NCBI GenBank assembly: GCA_002381865.1
Contig: DFYO01000019.1
Span: forward strand, 76,202-140,201
DNA from: Clostridiales bacterium UBA4080
GTDB lineage: Bacteria > Bacillota > Clostridia > Lachnospirales > Vallitaleaceae
Direction: 5' to 3'
Length of the DNA stretch: 64,000 bases
Below the pieces are notes generated by a model. It did no database searches. It was not told the DNA's origin and was given only the letters and a program-made list of their open reading frames with translations. This document shows, one piece after another, positions 1 through 11,894 of the stretch. Position 1 is the first letter of the stretch; the number at the start of each line of letters is the position of its first letter. The translations under genes were made by a program, and so were the position numbers.

Positions 1-1343
<1,343 letters not shown>

Positions 1344-1468
1344 TTACCCCCATATAATTTTTTTAAATTAGTTGATTGTTTAACTTGTTTTTAACTTAAA
1401 AACTAAACCCCATAACTATCTAACATTTAAAAAACCCAAATATCTAGATGTATTTCTTATAATATTTC

Positions 1469-1810
1469 TTATAAGAAACAAGAAAGAACGAAACCACCAA
1501 AAGTACCACCAAGAATTGCAACGATTAAGTTAACAAATCCTTTTCCGAAATCTGCTTTATCTACTACTACGTTTGCAACGAATAAACCTGAGCCAGCTGC
1601 CCATGCCATATCGATCCAAGCTGAATCTGGCATTTGATAAATCATACCAACACCATGATTAAGTGACCAAGTAGTACCAACGATAAATCCTGCTGCTAAC
1701 CATCCGCCGATAGGTCCAAAAGTATCACAAAGTTTCCCCCAGCCTAGTCGAATGAAAAATGGAAATATAAATCCCCCAAAAAATGTAGCTAATGCTAATT
1801 GTGCAGTCAT
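1469..1810 (-). CDS. small polytopic membrane protein, paralog of 1831..2181; putative glycerol-uptake subunit
   Basis: 113 aa, Gly/aromatic-rich TM segments. The core GGWLAAGFIVGTTWSLNH...IDMAWAAGSG aligns with GGWFAGFAIISGMWFLNH...VDMACGIAVAG of the neighbour. Sits between glpP and glpK. Confidence 0.6.
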   Translation of the reverse strand: MTAQLALATFFGGFIFPFFIRLGWGKLCDTFGPIGGWLAAGFIVGTTWSLNHGVGMIYQMPDSAWIDMAWAAGSGLFVANVVVDKADFGKGFVNLIVAILGGTFGGFVLSCFL

Positions 1811-1830
1811 TTAAGTTTTCCTCCTTTTAA

Positions 1831-2181
1831 TTAGTTTGATTTTGCTAAATGATTTTGAATTAAACCTGCAGTAATACCACCACAGATACCACCAAGAACA
1901 ACTAAGCCTAAAGTTGGAGCTGCGTTTCCTACTTTATCCCATCCGTTCATAAATCCATCACGAGTTGTTCCAGCCACAGCGATACCACAAGCCATGTCTA
2001 CAAATGCTCCATCATTGTTGATAATGCCAATAAAGTGATTTAAGAACCACATACCACTAATAATAGCAAAACCTGCAAACCAACCTCCAGCGATACCATA
2101 CGCGCCAGCAAAAGCTCCCCAAACGCTCATAACAAAAATACCTGCTATTGCTGTTCCTAAAAATGTACCTACATGTTTCAT
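1831..2181 (-). CDS. small polytopic membrane protein, paralog of 1469..1810; putative glycerol-uptake subunit
   Basis: 116 aa, same W-x-LNH / DMA motifs as the neighbour. SD GGGAGG upstream of the ATG. Confidence 0.6.
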   Translation of the reverse strand: MKHVGTFLGTAIAGIFVMSVWGAFAGAYGIAGGWFAGFAIISGMWFLNHFIGIINNDGAFVDMACGIAVAGTTRDGFMNGWDKVGNAAPTLGLVVLGGICGGITAGLIQNHLAKSN

Positions 2182-2747
2182 GAATTTGCCTCCCTTAAAT
2201 TTAATTAATTGTTTTAACGCTTAGTGTTAACGATGACCTTTTTCTTGCGATAGCCAAAAAAAATAAGCTGTATCCATCTTATGGCTAATATTAACTTCTT
2301 GAAAATCTCTATTGCATCTAACTAAGATATCTTCAAGATGTACAATATAGATATATTACAAACACGGCTCTCATCGTCTCTGCCTTACGTTATTTAATTA
2401 TGAACCTATTATACAAAACAAACAACTATTTTGTCAATATGTTTTTTTTTTTAATTCATTTTGCATACCTAATTTTACATTTTCATAGTTTGTTAACATT
2501 TTAACCCTTTATTTTCAATATATTTACTAGGTTTTTTTGTTGCTTTTAACTATATTGTCTAATTCTAATTTATTAATATTTTTTAATAATAATAGTCAAG
2601 TTTACCCCGTATACAATGCCAGTAGCGCAAAAGCCTATGCGAAGCCGGCATTATATACTCATATCGCTTATAAAGCTCTTTATGTAAACACTCTAACCTA
2701 TTAAACGTTTTTTTATCTGTTCTGCCTTGGGCTAAAAGATAATAATG

Positions 2748-3317
2748 CTAGCTGTACCATATTTTTTCGCAGCTGGTAGAAATACAGGTAGCCCCTGCAT
2801 CAAGACTTTCTATTATTTCATTTTTGCTTTCAATTAATCCGCCTGTAATTATTGGCACTTTTACAGTTTTGCTTATTTCTCTAGTAATTTTAGGCACTAC
2901 ACCTGGCATTATCTCAACTGCATCAGGTGTAACCTGATTGATTGAAATAATTCCTGCCTGAATAGATTTTGAGTCCAAAATAAAGAGCCTTTGTACCACA
3001 AAGCAATTAAGCTCTTTTGCTTTCTTAACCAAGCTTGTTTTAGTTGTAACCACTCCGCTGGGTTTAATTTCTTCTTGAATATACTTGAGAGAATATGCAT
3101 CATTTGCAAATCCTTTGATTAGATCAAGGTGCACAAAGACATATTTGTTTTTATCAATAACATCCTGTACGTCCTTTTTAAGATTAAATATATCACCATA
3201 AAGCATAAAAATAACCTCACATGGTGATGCAAGTGCATGGTCCAGCTTTTCTCTATCGCTAACCGCAGCTATGATAGGATTATCTGCAAGAATCTCATAG
3301 ATATCTTTTTTTCTCAT
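2748..3317 (-). CDS. glpP: glycerol-3-phosphate responsive antiterminator GlpP
   Basis: MRKKDIYEILADNPIIAAV...VHLDLIKG...IMPGV.PKI...PIITGGLI matches the G3P_antiterm family. Start moved to the ATG at 3317, preceded by GGAGGCG. Confidence 0.85.
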   Translation of the reverse strand: MRKKDIYEILADNPIIAAVSDREKLDHALASPCEVIFMLYGDIFNLKKDVQDVIDKNKYVFVHLDLIKGFANDAYSLKYIQEEIKPSGVVTTKTSLVKKAKELNCFVVQRLFILDSKSIQAGIISINQVTPDAVEIMPGVVPKITREISKTVKVPIITGGLIESKNEIIESLDAGATCISTSCEKIWYS

Positions 3318-3593
3318 TTTCGCCTCCGAATATCTTGATTCAATAATAATCAAATATGTTTTGCGTCCCCGCATTTTTTAATTGCATTTCAAAATCACCT
3401 TAGCCCAAAAACAAAAAACCGCAAAACCTACTTTATTGTTTATACTAACTTTATGATTATAACATAAATTTTACTAATAATTCGTAGTAATTTTACTATA
3501 TCAACATAACAATGTCAAGGTAAACAATATTATTTTGCACCTAGTATATACCCCAAAATTACTACATCATTCTCAAATATTTCTCAATAATAA

Positions 3594-3621
3594 TGGGCAG
3601 AATTCATAAGAAGTCTGCCCA
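3594..3621 (-). terminator. rho-independent terminator after the MCP gene
   Basis: TGGGCAGA...TCTGCCCA 8-bp stem followed by a T-rich run on the minus strand. Confidence 0.6.
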
Positions 3622-3681
3622 AATAATCCAATAATCTATAAATCTTTAGCATTAATATAAGTGTATATCATAATCCTACTC

Positions 3682-5604
3682 TTACTTATTCAGGTTTCTG
3701 ATAATATCATATTGCTGGTCAGTACTTTCAATAAAGCCCTGTACCTTGGTTTCGATTCCAGCATAATCATTAAACTCTACAAATGCTTTTCTTAATTTTT
3801 CAATAATATCATCAGGAATATCCTTTCTTGCAGCTAGTGCATCCTTAGGAATATCATCTGTCTTTGATATAATGTTTAGTTCATGAACAGGTATTCCATT
3901 CGCTTCGGCCTTTTCAAACGCTTCATTATAGGTAGCTCCAGCGTCTATTTCCCTAGACATAACTGAGTTGATTACATTATCATGGTTTCCTAAGAAGGTA
4001 ACCTTATTAAAGATTGTGTCAGGATTTAAGCCGCTCTTTTTAATGCTGTCTTTTGCATATAGATATCCTGAAGCACTGTTTTCGTCAACATAACCAAAGG
4101 ATTTACCCTTTAGGTCATTCATATTCTTAACTTCACCGTCTTTTCTAGCTATTATATAGCCATTGTAATAGCTCTTTCCACCAACCTTAGGAGTTACTAT
4201 AGGTTTAACACCACACTTTTCATGAGCATTAACATAGGCAAATGGTGAGAACCATCCAATATCAATAATACCCTTTTCAATACCTTCACTTAATGCATCA
4301 TAATTACGAACAATAATTGTTCTTGCCTTGAAGCCTATGCTTGCACATACTCTTTCTAAGATAGGCACATACATCTTCTTAATACTCTGTGGTTCAGCAA
4401 ATGGGTTAACCCCAAATATAATCTCATTGTCTTTTTTGAAATTAACTGCTTCTTTTTGAAGTACCTCAGCCATTTCACTAATCTTATTACAGAAAACAAG
4501 AATTTCTTTGTTTTTCTTGTTTTGCAAATCTACCATTTGAATAGACTTATAGGTTACGTTGTGTGTTTCTTCTACCGCAATAGCTACATCCTCAATTGCT
4601 TTTTCAATTTCCATTGCACTATTTTTTTGAATTGTCGAAAGTCCGCTAAGTGCCGACAAATCAGTCTTAACATCCTTAAGAATTGTGCTGATTTCTCCAA
4701 TAACTGTTGCTGATTCAGTTACAACCACATCAACATCATTCATCTTATCGCCAATTTCGCTCATTGCAATATTAGTTGCATCTATTTTTTCAAGAATGTT
4801 TTTAACTACGCCTTCAATTACAGAAATCGCATCATCGGTCTGTTCAGCAAGCTTTCTAATTTCACTTGCAACTACCGAAAAGCCTCTTCCTGCCTCGCCA
4901 GCTCTTGCCGCTTCAATTGCAGCATTAAGTGCCAGAAGATTTGTCTGACTGGAAATCTTTCTAATATAATCAACAATTTCATTGATTTTCTTAGAGGCGC
5001 TTAAAAGCTGTTCATTATTGTCAGTAGCTGTCAAAATAATATCAGCAAAGCTCTTCATTACTTCACCAATGCTACTGATAGTTGTTTTGTTTTTATCCAG
5101 CATTTGAATGGATGTTTCAGAATGTTGTTCTATTTCCAATACACTTGAATTCAAATTAGTAGATGTATCCACCAGCTCATTGATGCTGGCATTGATTTCC
5201 TGAGAGCTTGCCGCATTCTGTTCACTGAATTTTTCAATCTCATAGGAGATTTTAGCAAGCTTTTCAAAGGTATTTATATTATCTTGTGAGAGCCATAATA
5301 GCTGCTGTGCATCAAATCCCATGTTCTCTGCTATATTAAATAACTGCTCATCCAATCCCGAACCTACAATATTAATTGCTTTAGTCTTTGGAGCGCTTTC
5401 AGGCGCTTTATATTGCTGCGTCTGCTCCTGTGGTCTTGCAGTATCCTGATTTAATGTGTAATCAGTTAATACTACTGCAATAACTCCTCCAATAACCGCC
5501 AGCAACAAATTGGTAATTCCTTGGGTTCCCATAAAATAAAGGACACCCTGTACTACTGTAATTCCAATTCCCGCTGCCAGATAAAACTTAACTTTAGTAT
5601 TCAT
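3682..5604 (-). CDS. methyl-accepting chemotaxis protein with C-terminal PhnD-like substrate-binding domain
   Basis: Two N-terminal TM helices with no periplasmic domain. MCP signalling core [37 protein letters not shown]. The C-terminal 246 aa carry [20 protein letters not shown], a phosphonate-binding-protein-like motif. Start set at MNTKV (5604), which has a GGGTGG SD. Confidence 0.85.
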   Translation of the reverse strand: MNTKVKFYLAAGIGITVVQGVLYFMGTQGITNLLLAVIGGVIAVVLTDYTLNQDTARPQEQTQQYKAPESAPKTKAINIVGSGLDEQLFNIAENMGFDAQQLLWLSQDNINTFEKLAKISYEIEKFSEQNAASSQEINASINELVDTSTNLNSSVLEIEQHSETSIQMLDKNKTTISSIGEVMKSFADIILTATDNNEQLLSASKKINEIVDYIRKISSQTNLLALNAAIEAARAGEAGRGFSVVASEIRKLAEQTDDAISVIEGVVKNILEKIDATNIAMSEIGDKMNDVDVVVTESATVIGEISTILKDVKTDLSALSGLSTIQKNSAMEIEKAIEDVAIAVEETHNVTYKSIQMVDLQNKKNKEILVFCNKISEMAEVLQKEAVNFKKDNEIIFGVNPFAEPQSIKKMYVPILERVCASIGFKARTIIVRNYDALSEGIEKGIIDIGWFSPFAYVNAHEKCGVKPIVTPKVGGKSYYNGYIIARKDGEVKNMNDLKGKSFGYVDENSASGYLYAKDSIKKSGLNPDTIFNKVTFLGNHDNVINSVMSREIDAGATYNEAFEKAEANGIPVHELNIISKTDDIPKDALAARKDIPDDIIEKLRKAFVEFNDYAGIETKVQGFIESTDQQYDIIRNLNK

Positions 5605-6034
5605 AGTCAAACCACCCCGCAAAATTTTTTAGTATTTCACCACATAGCCTTTAAGTTTTAAAGCTAAACGCATATCGAACTCTCATTTTTAGAATATTAA
5701 TATTCTATGGAATGCCTTTCTTGTATGTCAGGTAAGTTTTGACTTTCTAAATTAAGTCTAGCTTTCCTATTATAGAATCAAAAGCACTTCTCACACTCTT
5801 ATGTATCACATAAATCAATTATATTCTATGCCTAATTCCTTGTCAAGAGCTCTGGGCTTTATTAACTTTGTATATTTAAAGTTTTTTTAAAAGTATTTTT
5901 TTGTATAAATATTACCGAATATACAGTTTTCTATTGTTTGTACCCTCTATTACTATAGCAATTACTTTAATATTTAAAGAGTTTTATTCGTGACAGAATT
6001 AGTCCACACTTTGTTATTGCTGACAATTATTGTT

Positions 6035-6790
6035 TTAGAATCTGTTCAAAAACAATTTTGTTCTCTCGTTTTTTGGATTATTTATAATTTCTTCCGGGCT
6101 TCCTTGTTCAACAATAACTCCCCCATCCATAAATATAATATGGTTTGCAACATCCCTGGCAAAGCTCATTTCATGGGTTACAATAACCATAGTCATATGT
6201 TCTGCCGCCAGGTCTTTTATTACCTTGAGTATTTCTCCTGTAAGCTCTGGATCAAGTGCCGAAGTAGGCTCATCAAAAAACAATACCTTTGGATTAAGCG
6301 CAAGTGCTCTTGCAATAGATACACGCTGCTGCTGTCCTCCCGAAAGATGGCATGGATAAGAATCCTCTTTTTCGGCAAGACCCATTTTAGCCAGCAATTC
6401 TCTTCCTATTTTCATTGCCTCCTCTTTACTTTTACCCTGAACATGCATTGGCGCATCAATTACATTTTTTATTACTGAATAATGCGGAAAAAGATTGAAA
6501 TTTTGAAATACAAGCCCAAAATGATTGTGCATTCTCTTTAGATCTTTATTGCTCACATAAACAGCATTTCCATTTTCATCATTTTTTACCGCATGCTCTC
6601 CAACATAAATAAGTTCTCCTGAATCTATTTTTTCAAGAAAGGTTGCACACCTTAATAGTGTTGACTTACCCGAGCCCGATGGTCCTATTATTGCAAGCAC
6701 CTCTCCTTGCTTTACCTCTAAGGATATATCTTTTATTACCTCAAGGTCACCGAAGCTTTTTTTTAAATTTTTTATTTCCAATAATTTCAT
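6035..6790 (-). CDS. amino-acid ABC transporter ATP-binding protein
   Basis: Walker [10 protein letters not shown], signature [15 protein letters not shown], Walker [12 protein letters not shown]. Confidence 0.9.
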   Translation of the reverse strand: MKLLEIKNLKKSFGDLEVIKDISLEVKQGEVLAIIGPSGSGKSTLLRCATFLEKIDSGELIYVGEHAVKNDENGNAVYVSNKDLKRMHNHFGLVFQNFNLFPHYSVIKNVIDAPMHVQGKSKEEAMKIGRELLAKMGLAEKEDSYPCHLSGGQQQRVSIARALALNPKVLFFDEPTSALDPELTGEILKVIKDLAAEHMTMVIVTHEMSFARDVANHIIFMDGGVIVEQGSPEEIINNPKNERTKLFLNRF

Positions 6791-6801
6791 AAGATTCGCT
6801 C

Positions 6802-7452
6802 CTATTTATAATAACTCAGTTTTTTCTCAGTTCTTTCCATACCCATTGCAACAACAAAATTAAATATGTAATAAAATACTCCTGCCGCAATATACGGAAT
6901 CATATTTGACAATCTGGATGCATGCGCTCTTGCAATTGTAAACATCTCAGTTTGTCCGATTACGTAAGCCAATGAAGTATCTTTAACTAAGGTAATAACC
7001 TCGTTTGTAACTGAAGGTAAAATTCGCTTAATCACCTGAGGAAATATAATTTTAAAAAAGGTCTGTATTTTACTATAACCTAGTACTTTTGCCGCTTCAT
7101 ATTGTCCAACCGGTATGGACTCAATGCCCCCGCGATAGATTTCCGCGAAATAAGCCGCATAGTTTAATACAAATCCTATAATTACTGCAATGAATCTATA
7201 TTCATTTGTGATTTTGACATCAAAAATAAAATATGGACCATAAAAAACAACCATCAGCTGAAGCATTAATGGCGTTCCTCTCATTATAGAAATATATATT
7301 CTGACTATATTTTTGAGTATTATATTTTTTGACATTCTTCCAAATGCAACAATAAGTCCAAGCGGCAAAGAAAATAGCAGCGTCAGACAAAATATCTTAA
7401 TTGTATCTCCAAACCCTGCCATAAGCTGTAAAATCAAAGCAGATAGTTCCAA
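6802..7452 (-). CDS. amino-acid ABC transporter permease
   Basis: 216 aa, polar amino-acid permease (HisMQ-type) motifs. TTG start with a GGAGG SD 8 nt upstream. Confidence 0.85.
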   Translation of the reverse strand: MELSALILQLMAGFGDTIKIFCLTLLFSLPLGLIVAFGRMSKNIILKNIVRIYISIMRGTPLMLQLMVVFYGPYFIFDVKITNEYRFIAVIIGFVLNYAAYFAEIYRGGIESIPVGQYEAAKVLGYSKIQTFFKIIFPQVIKRILPSVTNEVITLVKDTSLAYVIGQTEMFTIARAHASRLSNMIPYIAAGVFYYIFNFVVAMGMERTEKKLSYYK

Positions 7453-7537
7453 AGCTTTTACCTCCTATAATTATTAATGTGAGTGATTACACAATATATT
7501 TTTATTTAATTCAAACTCAGAATTTTATTTTTGACGG

Positions 7538-7565
7538 TTAAAAGGGCTGTCATCCGACAGCCCTT
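7538..7565 (-). terminator. intra-operon hairpin between binding-protein and permease genes
   Basis: AAGGGCTGTC-ATCC-GACAGCCCTT perfect 10-bp stem followed by TTTTAA on the minus strand. Confidence 0.6.
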
Positions 7566-7585
7566 AACAGAAAAATTCATGCCCT

Positions 7586-8398
7586 TTATTTTCCGATTGT
7601 AGTTACGTCTTTACCAAACCAAGTATTAGAGATTTCAGCAAGCTTTCCATCTTTCGCCATTTCCTCGAGCGTTGCCTGCACCTTATCTCTTAATTCTTCA
7701 TTTCCAAGCAAAAAGCCAACGCCGTATTGCTCTGAAGCAATTGATTCTTCAAGAGCTATAAGGGTATCCCCGCGTTGTTCAATTTGATAATCCGCCACAA
7801 TACTGTCCATTGCAACTGCATCTACTGCTCCAGATTCTAAATCCATTAATGCTGCATTGTAGTCAGCTGAGGTTAGATAATTGCCAAAGGTTGCAACAAG
7901 ATCCGCTTTATCCTTTAGTGCTGATTCTGCACTTGAATCTGCCTGAACAGTTACAGTCTTGCCTTTTAAATCTGCTAATGTTTTAATGTTTGCATCTGCC
8001 TTCACAACAAATACCTGCTCATTTTCCATATATGCAGTTGTCCATGTATATTTGTCTTCACGTCCATTTATTGTAAATCCGTTCCATATACAATCAATAT
8101 TTCCTGCTTTAAGCTCCATGTCCTTAGAATCCCAAGCTATTGGCTGAAGTACTAATTCCATATTCATTCTTTTTGCTGCTTCTTTTGCAAGGTCAAGATC
8201 AAAGCCTGTAAACTCCCCATCTTTTCCTACAAATCCCATTGGCGGGAAATTCTGATCAAAACCTACTATTAGCTTTCCTTCTGTTGTAGGAACATCTTTA
8301 GCTCCCTCATTCTCTTTGTTTTCTTTTGGCGCACATGCCGTCATGCTTATAGCAATTACAAGCATCATTATTATTGCTGCTATTTTTTTCAAAACCAA
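7586..8398 (-). CDS. amino-acid ABC transporter substrate-binding lipoprotein
   Basis: Lipobox ISMTAC, family-3 SBP motifs (GFDLDLAKE, IDCIWNGFTI). The TTG at 8398 has only 2 nt of SD spacing, so the TTG at 8392 may be the true start. Confidence 0.85.
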   Translation of the reverse strand: MVLKKIAAIIMMLVIAISMTACAPKENKENEGAKDVPTTEGKLIVGFDQNFPPMGFVGKDGEFTGFDLDLAKEAAKRMNMELVLQPIAWDSKDMELKAGNIDCIWNGFTINGREDKYTWTTAYMENEQVFVVKADANIKTLADLKGKTVTVQADSSAESALKDKADLVATFGNYLTSADYNAALMDLESGAVDAVAMDSIVADYQIEQRGDTLIALEESIASEQYGVGFLLGNEELRDKVQATLEEMAKDGKLAEISNTWFGKDVTTIGK

Positions 8399-8500
8399 AT
8401 CCTCCTGTGAAATATATTATTTATCGTTTTCCTTGATGCTATATTATCATATTAGCAAAACAGAGTAAATAGGAAAGCAACACTTTCCTTTTTGGCTTTT

Positions 8501-8542
8501 AAAAAAACAGAGCCTATTTTTTTCAAAATCTGCTCTGTTTTT
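8501..8542. terminator. bidirectional-looking terminator
   Basis: ACAGAGC...GCTCTGT stem flanked by an A-run and a T-run. Confidence 0.55.
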
Positions 8543-8583
8543 CACTACTTCTTATGATTCTTTTATACTTTAACTTAATCCTC

Positions 8584-9078
8584 TTATTCCTGTGGTTCTT
8601 CTTTATTATAAGTTATTGAAACATACTCATCTGCTACTGTATAGCTTACCGATACAGTTTCTTTTGTCTCTTCTTTGCTTCCCATAAATGATAATGTGTT
8701 TTCATCCTGCATTGCAAAGGTCTGTTCATATCCCATTCCTTTAAGCTTTTCTACATATTCTGAATAATCATCCCTGTCTACTTCTTTTAGTCCAATTAGT
8801 TGTCCTGTTCCGATATTCATTACTGTTTCTACCCTGCCTTTAAGCTTCGGAAGATCCCCCAAGCCATCTTTTGGCCATTCCAAATCACTTCCAGTTTTTA
8901 AGCTGCTTCCATCATCACCCTTAATCTCTACTTCGCCGTCCTTAACGTCTACATTTGGTCCTAAAATTGTGTCTGCTGCTTTTTCAGCCATCTTATCTTT
9001 GATTTTAGAACATCCGCTAACTGAAAAAACCAAAGCAAGTACTACCACTAAGCTTAAAATCCTTTTCATAACCTTCAC
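8584..9078 (-). CDS. hypothetical lipoprotein
   Basis: Signal peptide plus lipobox VSGCS. No recognisable domain. Confidence 0.6.
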   Translation of the reverse strand: MKVMKRILSLVVVLALVFSVSGCSKIKDKMAEKAADTILGPNVDVKDGEVEIKGDDGSSLKTGSDLEWPKDGLGDLPKLKGRVETVMNIGTGQLIGLKEVDRDDYSEYVEKLKGMGYEQTFAMQDENTLSFMGSKEETKETVSVSYTVADEYVSITYNKEEPQE

Positions 9079-9164
9079 AATTTAAACCTCCATCATTCTT
9101 TTATTTCAATGGCTCGTGCCAATGAATTCACAATATCTGCTTGCAAAATACACTCTAATTAATT

Positions 9165-10532
9165 TTACACGTTTTCTATAATTCTTGCAACATGAATTCC
9201 ACTCGCGGCTGCTTGAGATAATGAATGCGTAACTCCCGAGCAGTCTCCCAAAACGTAGAGTCCTTTCACATTGGTTTCAAGGTTTTCATCTACTTCAATA
9301 TTTGAATTGTAAAATTTAACCTCAACACCATATAATAGTGTATCTTCATTTGCAGTCCCTGGTGCAATTTTATCCAATGCATAAATCATCTCAACAATAT
9401 CATCTAACTGTCTTTTTGGTAAAACCAAGCTCAAATCCCCAGGAGTTGCATTTAACGTTGGATTTAAAAACGACTTTAGCATCCTTCTTTCACTACTTCT
9501 TCTTCCTTTTACAAGATCTCCAAAGCGTTGCATCAAAACTCCGCCTCCTAGCATATTACTTAATCTTGCAATTGATTCGCCATATTCATTGCTGTTTTTA
9601 AAGGGTTCTGTAAATTTACTGGAAACTAGCAAAGCAAAATTTGTATTTTCTGTATGAAGTGCCTCTTCTGAATAGCTATGCCCATTTACCGTTACAATAT
9701 CACCGTAATTCTCAGTTACCACTTCTCCGTAAGGATTCATACAGAAGGTTCTTACTACATCATTATATTTTTTTGTCTTGTAGACAATTTTACTTTCATA
9801 CACATCATCTGTAATGTGTTTGAAAACCAAAGCCGGTAATTCAACTCTTACACCTATGTCTACTCGGTTATTAGTTGTTTTAATATCAAATTTTTCGCAT
9901 ACCTTTCCAATCCATTTTGAACCAGTTCTTCCTGTTGCAACAATTAGCTTTTTTGTTTCAAAGGTTTCTTCCTTTGTAGCTACATAGAAAGTATCCTTTT
10001 GTTTTTCTACATTTGTAACCTCAGTTTCAAATCTTATATCAATTTTATCTTTTATATATTGAAACATATTTTCTGCAATAACAAGATTTCTATCTGTACC
10101 TAGATGTCTTACTTTTGCATCCAACAAATGAAGGTCATGCCTTAATGCTTCTGTTTTCAGCTTACTGTTTTCTGTAGAATAAAGCTTTGCCTCTCTTCCT
10201 CCCATTGCAAGATTAATATCATCAACCTCCCACATCAAGCTAATAGCCTTATCTCTTCCAACAAATTTATACAGTTCTCCTCCAAAATTGTTTGTAATAT
10301 TAAATTTACCATCCGAAAAACCTCCCGCCCCATAGAAGCCTTCCATAATGCTGCAGCTTTTGCATTTACATTCAGTTATTCTTGGATTAATAGTTTTTGG
10401 ACATTTTCTTCTATCTAAAGGATAGCCCTTTTCTAGCATAAGGATTTTTTTATTGGTCCCGCTTTTTACTAACTCATAAGCACAAAATACACCTGCCGCA
10501 CCTGCACCCACTATAATCAAATCATACATCAT
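9165..10532 (-). CDS. FAD-dependent oxidoreductase (COG2509-like)
   Basis: N-terminal dinucleotide fold DLIIVGAGAAGVFCA, C-terminal GLYVLGDCSG. Start placed at the ATG at 10532, 5 nt after GAGG. Confidence 0.7.
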   Translation of the reverse strand: MMYDLIIVGAGAAGVFCAYELVKSGTNKKILMLEKGYPLDRRKCPKTINPRITECKCKSCSIMEGFYGAGGFSDGKFNITNNFGGELYKFVGRDKAISLMWEVDDINLAMGGREAKLYSTENSKLKTEALRHDLHLLDAKVRHLGTDRNLVIAENMFQYIKDKIDIRFETEVTNVEKQKDTFYVATKEETFETKKLIVATGRTGSKWIGKVCEKFDIKTTNNRVDIGVRVELPALVFKHITDDVYESKIVYKTKKYNDVVRTFCMNPYGEVVTENYGDIVTVNGHSYSEEALHTENTNFALLVSSKFTEPFKNSNEYGESIARLSNMLGGGVLMQRFGDLVKGRRSSERRMLKSFLNPTLNATPGDLSLVLPKRQLDDIVEMIYALDKIAPGTANEDTLLYGVEVKFYNSNIEVDENLETNVKGLYVLGDCSGVTHSLSQAAASGIHVARIIENV

Positions 10533-10769
10533 ATACACCTCGATTTCTTGTATTCTTTTATCTATTTGTTTTAATTTTTATTAAAAGCTCCACTGAAAAT
10601 TATATCAAATTATATTAAAATTGTATATCAAAAATAACTGTTTTCTATTTTGTTTGTCAATAATTACATAGTAACAATTTGTATTTTTCTATGACCCTTA
10701 GGGTTTCATTCGCCTTCCCATGCACATCGTGTGCATAAGGGAAGGCGTTATTTGTGACCACAAAGAACC

Positions 10770-10820
10770 AAAAAAGAAAAGAGCCTGCGATAGCTTTGTC
10801 AGCAATATTCGCAAGCTCTT
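10770..10820 (-). terminator. rho-independent terminator of dhaK
   Basis: AAGAGC-TGCGA...TCGCA-GCTCTT two-tier stem followed by TTTTCTTTTTT on the minus strand. Confidence 0.7.
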
Positions 10821-10882
10821 GAATTACCCTGTAAAATATTATAGCCTTATTTTTCTAATAGATATTTTTTATATTCCTTGTA

Positions 10883-11878
10883 TTAGTTTTGTACAAATGC
10901 AGGTGTATCTGCTGGTGCAAATAACAATTCTTTTAATTCTGCATCTAATTTCAATATTGAAATTGAAAATCCTGCCATATCCAATGATGTCATATAGTTT
11001 CCAACAATTGTTTTTGCAACTTTAATTCCTTTTTCAGCTAAAACTTCAGCAACTCTTAGGTTTGCAACGTATAGCTCCATTACAGGAGTTCCGCCTAATC
11101 CATTTACTAATACTGCAACCTCGTCACCGCTTGCAGGTTTTAAATCTTCAAGAATTTTTTCTAACAAATGATCAACTGTTTCATTTGCTGAACGCAATGT
11201 TTCTCTATGTGTTCCTGGCTCACCATGAATTCCCATTCCGATTTCAACTTCATCTTCACCAAGAACGAAGCTTGGTTTTCCAGCTGCTGGAACAGTACAG
11301 GTGGTTAATGCCATACCCATTGATTTAACATTTGTAATAACTTTTTCTGCAACTCTTTTCACTTCATCTAAGTCTGCTCCAGCTTCTGCCTTAGCTCCAG
11401 CAATCTTATGCACTAAAACAGTTCCTGCAATACCTCTTCTGCCTGTAGTCCATGTACTGTCTTCAACTGCAACGTCATCATTTACAACTACGTATTTAAC
11501 ATCAATTCCTTCTTCTGCTGCCATTTCTGCTGCCATTTCAAAGTTCATAATGTCCCCTGTGTAATTCTTAACTACCAATAAAACCCCTTTGCCGCCATCA
11601 ACTGCTTTTACTGCTTCAAATACCTGGTCAGGAGTAGGTGATGTAAATACAGCTCCTGCAACAGCTCCATCGAGCATTCCTTTTCCAACAAAACCTCCAT
11701 GTGAAGGCTCATGTCCACTTCCACCACCACTAACCAATGCAACTTTTGCTTGTGGCGCATTCGCTCTTACAAGCACTTCAAATCCTTCAACTCTCTTTAC
11801 ATAGCTCGGATGTGCTGCCACAATACCTTTAAGCATTTCATCAACTACATTGTCTGGATTGTTAATAATTTTTTTCAT
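10883..11878 (-). CDS. dhaK: dihydroxyacetone kinase subunit DhaK
   Basis: VALVSGGGSGHEPSHGGFVGKGMLDGAVAG is the Dak1 signature. Start at MKKIINN (11878) with an AGGAGG SD. Confidence 0.95.
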   Translation of the reverse strand: MKKIINNPDNVVDEMLKGIVAAHPSYVKRVEGFEVLVRANAPQAKVALVSGGGSGHEPSHGGFVGKGMLDGAVAGAVFTSPTPDQVFEAVKAVDGGKGVLLVVKNYTGDIMNFEMAAEMAAEEGIDVKYVVVNDDVAVEDSTWTTGRRGIAGTVLVHKIAGAKAEAGADLDEVKRVAEKVITNVKSMGMALTTCTVPAAGKPSFVLGEDEVEIGMGIHGEPGTHRETLRSANETVDHLLEKILEDLKPASGDEVAVLVNGLGGTPVMELYVANLRVAEVLAEKGIKVAKTIVGNYMTSLDMAGFSISILKLDAELKELLFAPADTPAFVQN

Positions 11879-11894
11879 TTTGCATCCTCCTGGT

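Noticed and set aside
2853-2871. TGGCAC hexamer inside glpP
   Set aside because: No TTGC follows at the required N5 spacing. It is on the strand opposite to all neighbouring genes.
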